This document shows, piece after piece, positions 34,418 to 48,024 of a stretch of 64,000 nucleotides of DNA (the stretch's first letter is position 1; each line of letters begins with the position of its first letter). A program made the position numbers and the translations under genes. The notes below the pieces were generated by a model, which was given only the letters and a program-made list of their open reading frames with translations, did not search any database and was not told where the DNA came from. The stretch is from Carpediemonas membranifera BICM (taxonomy: Eukaryota; Protista; Fornicata): the NCBI GenBank assembly GCA_019828565.1, contig JAHDYR010000037.1, forward strand, positions 62,001 to 126,000, read 5' to 3'.

Positions 34418-35642
34418 ATGAATTCAGAAGTGTCTGTACCAGAACCTATTGCTGCTACGCCCCCCATCAGACAGTATGGCAACAGTAAGCTCGCAAATCT
34501 CCGTCGTTCATTTGTTACAGCCGTTGTTTCTTCAGTATTTGAGGACGACGAGGCAACTGACCTCGGCTTGAGTGCACGCGACATCCATAAGGTACTTCTG
34601 GAGGTCCAGCGCAGGGTCGCCGCCGAATGCCCTGGGTTCAAGTCAATTGAACTCCGGGAACAGGTCAGGCGGACGACTGTTGTCGGCGTTACTACGTTTA
34701 TAACAGCAGTTAGACCCTCTGCGGAGTACAATGGCTCTGTCATGCAGCACATTGCTGTCCGTAGTCAGCCCTGCCATGCCGAGTTCCGCCAGATGCTCTC
34801 AGAAGTTCTCTCAGATGCTGGACTGAACGATGTTTCCGACTCAATCAGCCTTGAGAACTTGCCTGTGATCAACCGGGTGAGATATAAGCCTGTCAAGCAA
34901 AAGGCAACGGTCAAATCGACCCCCGACTACGATGATCAAGGCAGAGATCCCACCGATACGGTCGACTACGCAACTGTCTTCACTTGGTGTTGGTGATGAA
35001 GCAGACACACCTCAGTCAACGACAGATCGATCGGTGCCGGTTCGGAAGAAGATCGTCTTTGACGACGAGGAAGCCAAGCGACCCAGGCTTGGTGACGACG
35101 ATCTGCAGCAGGTGTCTAACAACGTGTCCGATGCTGTTGTTGACCGTATTAAGGTCCTGATCAACGACGTTGTCTCAGAGACCCGTGTGAGAGACCCGCC
35201 TACCGAACCCGAGACATGTAAGACGACTTTCCTTAGCCTTCATCAGCGCAAAATGCTGTTTGGATGTCTTGTGTGTGGTACCCCCGAGTGGTTCTTCAAT
35301 CCAGACGGCACTACGTTCAGGAGATGCTGTGCTTGCAAAGGTTTCCTGCACGAGCAATGTGTCAGGACGAAGGGCAAGAAGGACTACTGTCCCGCGTGCT
35401 ATATTACCGGCTCTAGCAACAAGTGCCAGGCGTGCAAAAAGGGCCTAAGATCCAAGAACACGAAGAAAGCAGAAGAACAGGCTTCTACTCTTCTTTGCTG
35501 CCGAGGCTGTCACTGGTGGTACTGTGAGCATTGCTCTGAGGAAGTGCAGTACACCATTGATGGCAAGTTGTACATCGTTCCCCTCTGCAGCAAATGTAAG
35601 GTTGTCTATAAGCGAGTAGAGGGCATGAGACCGATTGTTTAG
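34418..35642 (+). CDS. PHD-finger protein (A2)
   Basis: Copy of 13696-14920. Confidence 0.85.
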
Positions 35643-35685
35643 TGTTTAGTGAGAGATGATCATAAATTGTATATATATCTGTTTA

Positions 35686-36762
35686 CTACACGTCTCTCTC
35701 AAGCGCACGGGTCATCATGCTTATGTATCGATCATTCATAAGTCTTCTCTGGTCGGTTCTTAACGGGTCATACTCGTTGACATCAGAAACGATGTCTTGC
35801 ATTTCAGGAAGAGGAATGGGCCGGGCATAGCTAGTCTCAGACATGATGACCCTGGCCTCGTTGGGAAATGACAAGGAACCATTGGCTATAATCCGTCTTC
35901 CTGCTGAGCCAGGCGCGAAACGATAGCCAGAGAAGTACTTCGTCAGAAAGAAAAGAGGATTGTCGAGGCATGTCACGCGGTAGAGCCAATAGGCGTCCTG
36001 GAGAACAAGCTCATGCGCCAGAACCTTCTCAGGAGTGAGGATAATGCATGTGTTCTTGTACTTGGCTGTCGAAATAGCACTGCACAGCTGAGACTCCTCA
36101 GATCTGTCGAGTCCGGAGCAGGTGGCAAAGTAAATCAGACGCACACGCGTCGATCTCACCAAGGAAGGGCTCTCGAATGACCTGAGGATGAGCTGGACCA
36201 GATCATGGTGATACAGAAACTCGTTCGTAGACGTATCAATGATCATACGCGACGTTTCTGTATCAGAATGACCCGATATCACCCAGTAAGTGTCGAAGTT
36301 AGAGTACTGCGACGCCAACTCCCTCAAGTACCTCGGCCAGATGGGACGTAGACTTAAAGGTGCGGGCAACGGCAGTCAGCCACTCATCATCAACGAGCTC
36401 TAGAGCCGTCTTGAGCTTGAAATGATAGCCAGATGAGTTGGCAAGACTTTCCACGCGGAAGACGGGGTAGGGCTGAGTCGGGGTCTCGAAACCATGCAGC
36501 GGCTCGATGGTGATTAGCACCCGTCGGTTAATCAACTTCTCTGTTGTAAAAGGACACTCGTGAGAGGAAGAAGACTTGAAACCGATCCCGCGATGTCCAC
36601 GCCTGAGCTGAACCTTACCACAGACACATTCAAAGACTTCTTGGTCCTTACTGATGCGTCGCGTGCCGAATTCTCCGTATTTCTCGTCCATTTGCAATGT
36701 GCCATTTTTTTTTCATGAATGGCACATTTTGATTTGAAGCAAAGGACAAGCTTTTGATCCAA
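35686..36762 (-). CDS. Putative clan CD protease (A2)
   Basis: Copy of 12579-13652 with homopolymer indels. Confidence 0.6.
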
Positions 36763-36886
36763 GTAAAGAGGTATACCTTCATTGCTACACTATTTATGCA
36801 TGCTACTGCAGCATTGTTCGGATCTGATCAGCGATGCGCCTGTTCTTCGGATCGGGAGTTGCGAGAAAAAAAAAGAGAACGAAGAT

Positions 36887-37891
36887 ATGGCGAGAAGAAA
36901 GATGCCCGCAAGGAAGCAGCAACCGGTAGGTAAGAGAAGGACTCAAAATCCACCCAACAAGACTTTTTGAGTCATCTGCTTCTCCGCAGGATCAACGTCC
37001 TGCGGAAACGACTGTAACGGCAGCATCACCTCCTCCTCCGCCTCCCGAGTCGCCCGAGGATGGTAAGGAGCAAGATTCTCCTCCTCCTCCGCCTCCCGAG
37101 TCGCCTTCCCATTCATCCAGCTCGTCTGAAGCCGAGGAGGACTCCGTCGAGGGGTCCGTCATGCACGTCCACCCTAGGTGGACGCATGTTTACCCGGGTT
37201 CAGACCTGCAGGACGTCAAGCGGCTGATTTCGGATGAGATAAGCCTTCAGGCCATTCCTGCTCCGGCCTGGATCTCATCCGAGACCCGTTGCGACCCCCC
37301 GTCTGACCCAGGAGCCCGACCATCCGGCCCTCAATCGGACGCAGAGCGTCGGCCGAGGCATGATTGCCACTGAGGATATCTCAGCTGGCACATGTCTCGG
37401 CATATACTTCGGGAAGCTGATTCCCGATGCTGAGACGGCCAGCAACAACGGCCAGATGGTGTTTGTTTCGCATATTCCATTACCATTACACAGCATGTCA
37501 TTCGCTGACAGTCAGGTCGCCGTCGATGCCATGTCGGCCGCAGCGGGTGTCCACCTGATTAACCACAGCCCTGACGATGTCAACTGTGAGTTCGTGGACG
37601 TCTTGGTGGATGGCCTGCCAGTGATATCGGTCAGGGCCACTGCCAACATCGTTCGCGGCGAGTTCTTGCGCATCGATTATGGCGAGACCTACTTTGAGGC
37701 CGATGAAGAGGAGCACCCGGTTGCTCGCTTCAAGAGTCTCGCCATAGATGACCCTCACTACCTCGCTCGAAAGGTGGAGCAGTTCAAAAATACTGCAGGT
37801 CAAGCCGCAGCCCCGCAAGCGGAAGACCAAGTCCAACCCCGCCCGTAAGCGCTTCCACACTGCGCGCATGACTCAAGGCAAGAGTGAATAA
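36887..37891 (+). CDS. SET-domain methyltransferase (A2), intron 37461-37493
   Basis: Copy of 11454-12456 with homopolymer indels. Confidence 0.88.
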
Positions 37892-37921
37892 ACTTGAAGA
37901 GATATCAATTCAATCAATCAT

Positions 37922-39296
37922 TTATGAGCGGGTGACATCCTCCGGACGAGTAGCACGCTTCTCGGGCTCTGCGGCAGCTGCCTTGCGCTTGCGGTCCGGA
38001 AGACTGTAGACACAGGCATGACGATTCTCGATGACGATGAACTGAGTGAGCTTCATGCTCTCACAAAGACCTAAGATCTTGTCCAGCGTCGCATCCTGGA
38101 TGGGCAAGAACTCTGAATCTTCCCAACCTTTGTGGACCCAGAGGCAGGTAAGGTCCTCGTCGATCTGGGTGATGATTACCGGAGTGTGACTCAGCTCTAC
38201 ACTGGCCTGGATGGCCTCATGGTCTGCCCAGGGGAAAGGGGAGCCAGGCATCTCAGAGAACGGGTCGCCCTCGAACCCCTTGCCCTCACAGAAGGATCGG
38301 ATGTCCTCGTACAGCTGAAGCTTCTCACCAACAGTAGGCTGGGACCCAGTCCTGATGAGATGCATGGCGCTGAGAATGCATGAGCCATCCCCAGGCACCT
38401 CAGACCGCTTCAGAGAGCTTGTATCGTTCTTAAACTTCTTAGCGGTCTTCTCCATGATGGTCTGGACGTCATCTTTGGGGTCTGCGGCCACCAAAGCCTC
38501 CCGATCCAGGTCTATGACCTCAGCCTCCTTCTTCAAGGGCACAAGCTTCTCCGTCTCGAGCTTTTCAATCTTGGCCCGGGCTCGCCAAAGCTCCCTCTTC
38601 AAATCACGGATCGCACCGTTGTGTTCCACGGCAAGATGGCGGCGCAGGAGGCGCGATGTGCCACTTCAGGGTACTTCTGTGGACGGGAGAGTCCATCAGA
38701 AGCGCGTCCAGGTGCCTTATCCGGTCGAACTGCACGTCGACCGGGTCCGACAGCTCAGGCTCGGCGTTGTTCTTGAACGAACGGACGACCCCCGACCTTC
38801 CTGGCTTCACCTTGCGCATTATGCGCTCACGGAGCAGCGAAAGGACTGAATAAGCAGGAGTTATTTGGAGTACTTACCTCCAACGTCGTGCTCGTGATCC
38901 GAAGACACTTCTCGGCGGACCTTCTGGACAAGGCTGTCGTAGGCATGATCTCCCATGACCTTCTTCAGCTCAGCCGATGTCGTGATCAGCTCAAGCTGAG
39001 CCTCGGCAGTTTCTCTTAGGTGCAGGATAAGGTGAGGCGACCTGAAGAGCTTGCGAAGCGTTTTCCAGCCAATATCTGTGTAAAAAGGTATGGGGAAAGT
39101 ACTTACGATCACGAAGAAGGGCGGTGAGGATCTTGTCATCGGGCAGAAGGAACTTACGAAGAAGTGAGCACTTGATCATCTCCTGCGCGTTTGATGAGGC
39201 CTGACTGATCTCAGCGCTGTCATAGAAGATAAAGAACTGCTTACCAAACGTTTTCGAACGCTTCAAGAGCATGTAGAAGTCGAAAACCGATTGCAT
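37922..39296 (-). CDS. OTU-like protease gene (A2)
   Basis: Copy of 10049-11423. Confidence 0.8.
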
Positions 39297-39996
39297 GATT
39301 ATAAGGCTCTCAGGACCTAATGAAAAATTCATAAGGCTCTGAGAGCCTAATAAACCATGCGGAAAAAATGACCAGTATCAGTAGGCAACGGCGCGCGGGA
39401 GATTCATTAGGCTCTGAGAGCCTTATACACGATTTCGAATTGGTGTATAAGGCTCTGAGAGCCTTATGAACTCAGAGGAGGTCCTCGGGGCACTTCGGTG
39501 CAGAATTTTGATTGGGCATCTGATTGGACCATGGGGCGGATGCTCAGAGGGATGAATGCGAGCTCAATGGAGACCATTGGACATGTCAGAGATGGCATGT
39601 CCAGGTGAAGGTCCATCATGGAAGGAGCCATTCACGATAAGTCTTCTAAATGTTGTGTTGCGAGCGTCTGAAGGGCTTTCTCTGGATACCGACCAAGATG
39701 GAGGTCACGTGGATCAACGGACGATAATTGCGGTATTCTGGCCTTGTATGCCACTCTTAAATCCATTGTTTGATCCATTCCCGCGTTTATAGTTCATCTC
39801 AACGCTTCCTCGACGAGTTACAATTGTTGATGTTGTTTAGGTTCTATTACAGGCCATTCGAGGCCACAGAGCTCTCATGATGTTGTTTTAGTGATATACA
39901 CATGCTTGCCAGCGTTTGAGGATCGATACTCTTCTCCTTTCTTCGTTTGGTTTTCTAATTTCGTTGCGAGCATAAAGTGCACCTTGAAGAAACGTT

Positions 39997-40683
39997 ATGC
40001 CTCCGAAACGGAGTAATACTGCTAAGAGCAAGGGCAGAAAGCGTCTAAACGCTGTGGAAATGATTTCTACTTACTTAGAGAAGGAGCACGCTGCTGGAAG
40101 CATCTCCGCTGCCGATGTCGCCACCGGAAACCGCATTTGCAATGAGGTGGTTGACAGACGCCCCAATGACCTCCCCACATTCGTTCCGGAGGATCTTAGG
40201 GATGAAGCGGAGTTCCGTTCTCTCGATAGCATTGAGCAGATCATGGCGCAGTACAAGGGCGAGTCTTCTGAGGCCAAGGAGAAGCGCTTCAGGGCCCTCA
40301 TCAGCCTGGACGCCGAAGGAGATGAGGTCAACCATGGCAGCCCTCTCTTGGCAACTGTCCGTGAGTACCGCGAGCTGTTCCACGGCATCCCTCAGTCGGT
40401 CCGCCCCCGCGCTTACGCCTTCGTCGCCCAGAGGCTTGGTATCTCTGTCGACAAGGTCAGAGAGGTCCTTCTGGAGAGTGTGTGCCGCAAGGACTCTAAG
40501 CTCATCTTCGAGCGTCCGCAGCTTGTCCTCAAGAAGCACTCGAAGACCTTCAAGGACCTCGCCGCTGTGATTGAGAAGAGGAACGCTGCCCGTGCCGCTG
40601 CAGAGGCTCGTGATGTTCTGCGTATACCCGTTTACGCGAGCCTCCTGCTCTTCCACGCAGCTAACGTCAACTCAAATGAGTAA
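39997..40683 (+). CDS. Conserved unknown 228-aa protein (A2)
   Basis: Copy of 8660-9346. Confidence 0.85.
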   Translation: MPPKRSNTAKSKGRKRLNAVEMISTYLEKEHAAGSISAADVATGNRICNEVVDRRPNDLPTFVPEDLRDEAEFRSLDSIEQIMAQYKGESSEAKEKRFRALISLDAEGDEVNHGSPLLATVREYRELFHGIPQSVRPRAYAFVAQRLGISVDKVREVLLESVCRKDSKLIFERPQLVLKKHSKTFKDLAAVIEKRNAARAAAEARDVLRIPVYASLLLFHAANVNSNE

Positions 40684-40703
40684 TAAATCGACTGCTTCTT
40701 CAT

Positions 40704-41661
40704 TTAATCTTCATTCTCTTCCTCATCTTCCTTCTCAGACAGCAGATGGTACCACTCTTCCTCGAAATAGTTCTCTTTCTGGTAATCCTTACGCATCTTT
40801 GATCTCTTATCCACGATCTTTTGGACCAAATCCCTTCGGTTGCTGTCGTAAAGGGCGATGATTATCTCACGTTGCTTCTTGCGCGTCGGGTGCGGGGTAA
40901 CACTCTTCCTCAGACGCTTAATGTAGCGGTTGAGCTTGTCCGAGGGCTTGGTGGGCAGGGTGGGTTGGGTGGCTTGGGTTCTCTTTGGGGGAGGCTGGAC
41001 CTGGTCCACAGAAGTGAAAGCCGTACCGTAGTCGACGGACGGGGGAGCCCTCCAGGACTTCATGGCATATCCATGGCAAGCAACGAGACTCTCACCGAGC
41101 TTCGTCCACTTGTTCGGGCCGTATGTTGCCTCCATGGTCACCAGTTTCGCATCATCCAGGTACTCCATCGTGGACTTTTGCTTGGAGATGGACATCCCCA
41201 TACGCTGGTAGGCTGGCACAAGAGAACTTACACACTGCAGGCGGATCCTCTGTCCGGCAGAGGCAACCGAAAGAAGAATCGTGGCGAGACCATTGCCCCT
41301 GGCATAGAATGCCGTGCGAATAACCACAACATATAAGTCCTGGCGCAGCTCGGAAGGGGTTTCATCAGTAGCTTCGGTGTTGTATGACTCCTTCGTGAGC
41401 AACAAGGCCGAAATGATGGAATCAGTCTTGCAGTCACGAATCGCAACCAATCTGGGTAAATACCTGGGCAACACTGGGTGAACAAACATGAAGAAGCGAT
41501 GATCGATGTCATCAACTCCTCTCGTGGCAACGTCCTGCTTAAAAAAACGTACGGACACTGGGGATGATGTCTGACTTATCAGAAAGTCTTACGTACTGTA
41601 TATAAGCCTTATGGGCTGCAAGAGTATCCTCTGTCCAAGATTCTTTCCCCGTTTGGTTCAT
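40704..41661 (-). CDS. GNAT acetyltransferase (A2)
   Basis: Copy of 7682-8639. Confidence 0.8.
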
Positions 41662-41789
41662 TTTCACAAACTTTTTGTGAAACCTGCGAAATGTGAAATG
41701 TGCCATTCATGAAAAAAAAGTGGCACATATGAAAAATGAATGAATTTATCACGGAACCATCTTACATCACTTTATATCACGCGGATGCC

Positions 41790-44340
41790 TCAATTCTGTC
41801 TGCTACACTCTCCACACAGGCAGCAAACTAACTCTATGCCATGGTCCGCCAGACTGCATGACATCGTGCCCTCCTCACCCCACGTCAGCGTCGTATGCTC
41901 TTCTACAAACTCCCACACTTCATCAACAGTCTCCTGAAAGGTCTGGATCATCTCACGAGTTGGCTCGAAGGTCACGGTGGTCAGTGTGCGGACACCAAAC
42001 CAATGCTTCGCATCCTTACAGCAGTCGTGAACTCGCACACACTTGAGTCGCTGGAGCTGGGGGACAGAGTAGTCCTGCCGACCAAAAAGAACGCATGCCC
42101 GTCAGGAAGGAACACGCGAGAGTTGTCTGCTCGATCAAGCAAATGCCCTCAAGGACTGCCTTCCTGTGCAACTTGGCTGCTACCTCCTGGTTCTTGATGA
42201 ACTCTCGCTCAAAGTACTCCTCTAGGATATAGAACAGCGGCACCTTGAGATGCTTGTGGCACAGGGGCTGCGTCGTGAGTCTGCTGATGCTGTAGAGGTT
42301 CTCAGCGCACGGTTTCTCCTTCGTCTTCGCTTCGCTGCTTGATAGCAGGGATATGGAAGTCTTATCCTTGTTAGGAATGAACGCAATCGTGACGTGAATG
42401 AGGTGGGCCACTGCGGCAGCCATGAAGTGAAACGCGACAGCCGCGTCAGTCACAGGTTCGGACGAGTAGTACATGGCCTGGAGGTAGCCAATGAGCCGAA
42501 TGATATCTTGAATGCACTCAGGGAGAGCAACGTAGTCCTCTTGGTCGTGGCAGCCATCCTTACACGTGCGGACGACTGCTCGTTACAACCTACGGTCCTA
42601 TCGATGCTTCGCATGGACGACATACGGCCAAGCTTAAGGTTGAGGAGCTTATTCTGGATGATCTCCTCGCGGGACCCGCGGGTGGTGGGATGCTTCTTGA
42701 AAGAACCACAGATATGGGCAACCTGCTCGAGTAAACGGTGCGAGTCGTGCATGAATGGAGGGCATATGACGATCTTCTCAAGAGGGATGACACTACAATT
42801 CTCGAACACCATGCGTTCATTGGTGAAATCGCCATAGATTGCAAGTACATCTTGAACTCGGTTCGGGTCGTCGACTTCAGCCTGGTATGCTGTCTTATCG
42901 TCCAGGTTGTCCTTGATGGTGAGACGATGGCGGCCTGCTATCGGGTGGAGCGCCTTACTTTTGTGGTAAATCGTGTTGCAAGGGTGTGGATAGTTGGGCC
43001 GGCCCGACTTTCTGGACAGCATGTGGCGGAGGGCGGCATGATCGCCCATGACGATGACATGGTCGAAGATTGTGACCTCACCAGTGTCTCTGATGGGTAT
43101 CTGACTCGTGTATAGGCGCTCAATCTCCTTCTCGACGCGAGAAAGAGACTCTTCCATCAACAAATCACCCTCGCTACCCATATACTCGACTATACGGAAA
43201 GGTGGAGTAATCTTGTTGGGGAATGTGAAGCCTGTGGGGTCGTAGATGCGGAGCTTGAAGGCAGCAGAACCCCCTTTCCACCCGTCAAGCCATAGTAGGA
43301 TCTTCATGGGGCTAAACGTGACTCCAACCCTGTTGCCAAGGGCGTTCTTGCATCGAACGTAGTTGGGCTGGTCCGACTCGAGCCATTCCGGGTGGCGAAC
43401 AGCTTGCTTGAGGTAACGAACGGCATCAAACCAGACTCGATCAACCTTGTCCCATGTGGAGCTGTTGAGCCGCTTGCCGAGGGTGACTCCCTGGGTCTGC
43501 TTGAGCTCAGGGCGATGACTTGTGGCCACATCGCTCGTCTCGTAGTGAAGATCAAGCATTGGCTTCTCCCACTTGAAGTCAATGACGTTCTCCGCGTCCG
43601 TCAGGGGCTGGATATCGACACCCTCGTCCACCGTTAGGCGATTGGTGCACTCGAGTCTCGACTTTGTGCCATTTCTGCCCCACCGCCAGGTCGTGTTGAC
43701 TGTGACAGACTCCACAGGGACGAGATGACCCAAGAAAGCAACCTCTGGTCTAGTCAGCGCTGCAACCAGGCCGTTGATCTTGGTGATATTGACCTGCAAC
43801 TGCTTCACGAAGATATCAGCAGCCTTGCTGGAGATGATTGGCATATGAAGTCGCGCAGAAAGACTACGGATGAGCTTAAAGAGCTCATGGGTTGCGTTAC
43901 AACCCGACTTGATGTACATCAGGATAGAAACAAGCTCCAAAAATCTGCTTGTAGTTGTCAGTTTCCTCAGTTGAGACCTCGTGCTGTCTCCGCAAGCGTT
44001 CGTGGGTGACAGCAATACGCGCGTGGTCACGTACGAAGACATCGAAGGTCGGGGCGACTCCTCTATGGGAACGTACTGCACGCAAGAAGGGTCGAGAGTC
44101 GTGCGGGTCGGCGAAAAATCTCGGATCGACCTCCATGTCCGCAAATAGGCCCTGGTTAGCCATTTCCAAGATGAGTTCACGGAATTCTCGGCGCTGGCGG
44201 CCTCGATCCTGTGTATTTCCGCCAATACCAACAAGGGAGAGGTATGTATGAGCGAGAATGTAGTTCATACGCTCTGCAGTCCTTGGAGGGCCAGTATTGT
44301 CGTAGACAGTGCCAATGAAGGTCTGTATGACAATGTGCAT
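41790..44340 (-). CDS. Transposase (A2)
   Basis: Copy of 5002-7555. Confidence 0.78.
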
Positions 44341-45298
44341 GCTCAGGAATTTTTGCTGAAGTCACTTTCACATTTCACAAGTTTCACAAGAGTTTGTGAA
44401 AGATTTTTGGTTTGGGGCTTCCGCTGCTCTGTTTCCTCCAAAAAGTTGTGAGCAGCAACTACACTGAGTTTTATACGTATTCTATGCTTCTCATACCCAT
44501 TGATGCGTTATTGCGCAATTCTGCTTTGCCCTCAAAGGAAAAGTGAATTTGAATTTCCCCCTGAATCTTGCAAGATACTGCGGAAGTAACGGTAAGAAAA
44601 AATGAAACTCGCCAACGAAAGCAGCTGGAAGAAAATGGTAAAAAGTATTGGAACTAGGACAATATGGTGTACACTCTGAGCAACTTCATTTCTTTCTGGC
44701 GTTCACCTGTGTCACGAGCTCTTTGGGCACTGTTTCGGGCGTTAGGACAAACCAAGGGTTCCATGATCCTTTGTTGATCTAGTTACACCTCTGTTGTTAG
44801 CACAATCTTCCAAGACCATCTCATCGTTGATAAAATTTTGCAGATTTTTCGAATGCGAGAAAATGAAGACTTCCCCACAGAACCTGAGTATGTACGGATA
44901 GTACTTGACCCCCATGGATTATCCCCCCATGTTTGGTTTTTGTGGGGAAGTCTTCATTTTCTCAATCTCTGATTCAATCATTAATTCATACGGAAGTAGA
45001 AGATACTGGAGGCTGAAAACTTCAGAGGGCATTGCTATTAGCTATAAAACACCGCTGTTAAGATCCCATGTTCGAACGAGCACTTCACATTTACAACATA
45101 AAATGCGTTATCCTCTTTTATCAACACTGACACCATGTGATACTTCAAGACGCCAGACATGTCTTTTATGCTTCTATAACTACCTTCTAGATGTTCTGGA
45201 GGTGCCTGAGATCGCCTGGATCGCGAGGTTTGACCAGCGTTGACACATGAGTATCTCCAGAGTATCTCCCGGGAGACTCTAGCCATTCTTACAGTATG

Positions 45299-47296
45299 AA
45301 ATAGCGTCGCATGCTCATCCTTGACGACCACAATAGCTTGCGCCGCAGCCACATCTTCATCAGATCCACGCCGGACCATGCCGGACTCATAAACTTCCGT
45401 CAAATGCATCCGCACAATATACTTGTCATGGTACGTCAACATCTTGACCCAGATAACGACTACAGTCTTGCTCTTCAGAGCTGACCAGGCCATGACACCA
45501 AAGTTGCTGTACCAATCAGTGGCATCGTCGAACATCAGGGTGGGCACGAACACGTTAGACGTCTCAAGCCTCAGCCTCTCGCCAGCATCGGAGAATCCCC
45601 AGGCGCGCACCTCCTCCCTCACTGCTGCCACTTCCTCTGCCGCAAACTTCTTGTCGAACTCGCCATTCTCAACCTTCTGCAGGCAGTAGCCGATGCACAA
45701 TCCATCCGGGTTGACTGCAATCTTCCGCCAACTCTTACGATCTTTGAGAACTCGCTCGCCTACCTTGTCGTACTCCACGTCGATGTACTTCTGCCTATCA
45801 ACGTCGCTCCGTAAGTATATCTGCATAGGGGGAACATTGGCAGGCGTCGGAGAGTGCTGTTTGATGATAGCCTTCATCTCTGGCGACAGACCGAGGTCGA
45901 GGGGTGGGACCGTTATGAACTTCTGGCCCCCGTACCTCATCATGGTGCTATTGATCCGAGTCCATAAGGCTCCAGTCACATTGTTCCTCTGGAACAGTAC
46001 CATCAAGGCAGCGAGAGGAACGTAGCGGTCAAGCTCCACTGTTGCCTCCTCGGCGCGCCTGACAAGCTCAGCCCAGTTGTCCTCGAGTTCATCGGCGAGC
46101 GCTTCAAGCCCAGCCTCACTCGCCCGTGCCAACTCTGCTTGAGTAAACTGATGGATCGCCTGATCCTCGGCCTTCTGCTGACCTAACTCAGCTTCAAGTC
46201 TCTTCTGGGACTCCTCAGACTCTCTGTTAGCCTGTTCAAGCGCCTCCCTCGCCTCCCTCTCCTCAGCAAGCCGTTTTATCAAGGGCTCGTACTGCTCCAA
46301 CAAGCGCACAGACTCAGGGACATCATCAAGGCCTGCAATGGTGTCGTCTAGCTGCTGAAGGAGAGAACCAACGGTGTCTGTGTCGTCCACATCGGACTCT
46401 ACGTCGACGTCTTGATCAGACTGTGGCAAAGGAACGCCGTCACCCTGCATGGCGGCCGGTTCAGAGTGGCCATCGGACTCGGACTCGTCAGTGTCGGAAA
46501 ATTCATCGTGTGTCGTGGACTCTGCGTCGACAACCGGAAGCGGCTGAGGGGCAGCAACAACGGAAGAAGGCTTGGTGGCTGCTGCTGAGCGATCCTGGGC
46601 CCGGACTAACTCCTCTTGGACCTTCATCAGAGCAGCAGTCGATGAGGCGAGCTCCTTCTCAAGACGAGCGATCTTCCTCTTCAGAGGAGCTGACGGATCG
46701 AGCGAACCGATCTTAGCCAACTCCTCGGCCAGCTTCTCTGAGCCAGCGAAGGACAGCTTCTTGCTGAGCTGGGCGTGGGCGATAAACTGGCCAAATTGGC
46801 CTGCCGGAACACGAGAATCGAGTTTCTTCGAGTCCTTGTGGCGCAACACAAGGTGGAATGCGCGGTAAATCTCAACCTGCTTCTCAACAGGGAGCGAGTC
46901 GACGCCGACTAGAGCCTTATGAACAGATTTGGCGGTGAAGTGGTCACAAAACTTCCGTCGGAATGCCTCAATTGTGTCGGGAGAGTCAAAGTCGACCTCG
47001 CAGAGGTAGTTGCGGTTAGTTGCGTCACATATCGCGCGTAGTTTGGCAACTCCATAGTCGTGAACGTGCTGGCTTAAAGTGCGCTTCAACGGGAACCCGA
47101 AAACAACGTTGATCGTACGAATGCTGATCAGACGGACGCAAACGAAGAACAGAGGGTCATCAGAGACGATGCCGTGATCTTGCAGCCAGGTTATACGGCT
47201 CTTTGTGGACGAAAGGGCGTCGTATGCACGGAATGAATCATCTGTGTAAATAGGACCGTGAAAATGAAAGTGACATACCAGAATCGTCAGGAGCAA
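45299..47296 (-). CDS. Coiled-coil/acidic protein with OTU-like domain (B), cut by A2 just after the catalytic His motif
   Basis: VNPDGLCIGYCL..WYSNFGVMAW..HATLF. The ORF's last ~85 aa are read-through into the A2 end. Confidence 0.8.
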
Positions 47297-48024
47297 GCAT
47301 TGTCTCCTTCAGTTTGCCGAGAGAGATGATGTCTTCGTTAACCATTGTCAATTTGGTCCTCAGAAGACTTTCTCGAAAAATGAAATACGTTTTATCTCAA
47401 TAAATATTGCCAGCTGTCATGTAAATACCTCCGATCAGCCATAAAGACCCAAGAGCTACCCCTTGGCCGATTTTCAGCTCATTCTGCACCTGCGCTGTTT
47501 TGGCCGTTTTTCGATGGGCATCTCCTCGCTCCATTTTCGATTTTGTCAATTTGGTCCTCAGAGGACACAGATTAAATTTTTCAGTGTCCTCTGAGGACAA
47601 CATTGACAGGATTTGTAGCTTATCCATGGCCAGAAACTGAAATCGCTGAAAAGCTCAGAGACGTCGTTATATCATCTATAACGGCATCTCTGAGCTTTTG
47701 GGCGCACGGTTTCATCCTGACGTGGAGATCGATGGTGGTGAAAATGAAGAATTGACTAGGAGAGCTCTACGCTTGCATGCAGCCTTCTATTAGGTTGTTG
47801 ATGTTGGTTATATGCTTCTTTTTCGTTCTCGATGCGTGTGGATGAGTATTCTGTTGCAAGATTCATTTTGATGGACTGATGTTGGTTATAGAGGATAAAG
47901 GCACCAGAATGGATCATATGCATGCTATAAACCCGTTCTGTGCCGTTGGAATACCATAGCTGCGCAGCAATGTCGAGAGTCACAGTTCATTTCACATTTT
48001 CACACGCATTTTAAGGAAACAACG

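Larger units (their letters stand above)
33955..45298 (-). mobile_element. DNA transposon A, copy 2 (11,344 bp), inverted relative to A1, AA target duplication
   Basis: TIRs at 33955-34004 and 45249-45298; AA at 33953-33954 and 45299-45300; near-identical to 4042-15383. Confidence 0.96.

Noticed and set aside
45038-45298. C-terminal part of the 752-aa ORF and ORF 4054-4302
   Set aside because: Read-through into transposon end sequence; the true C-terminus is at 33824-33954.
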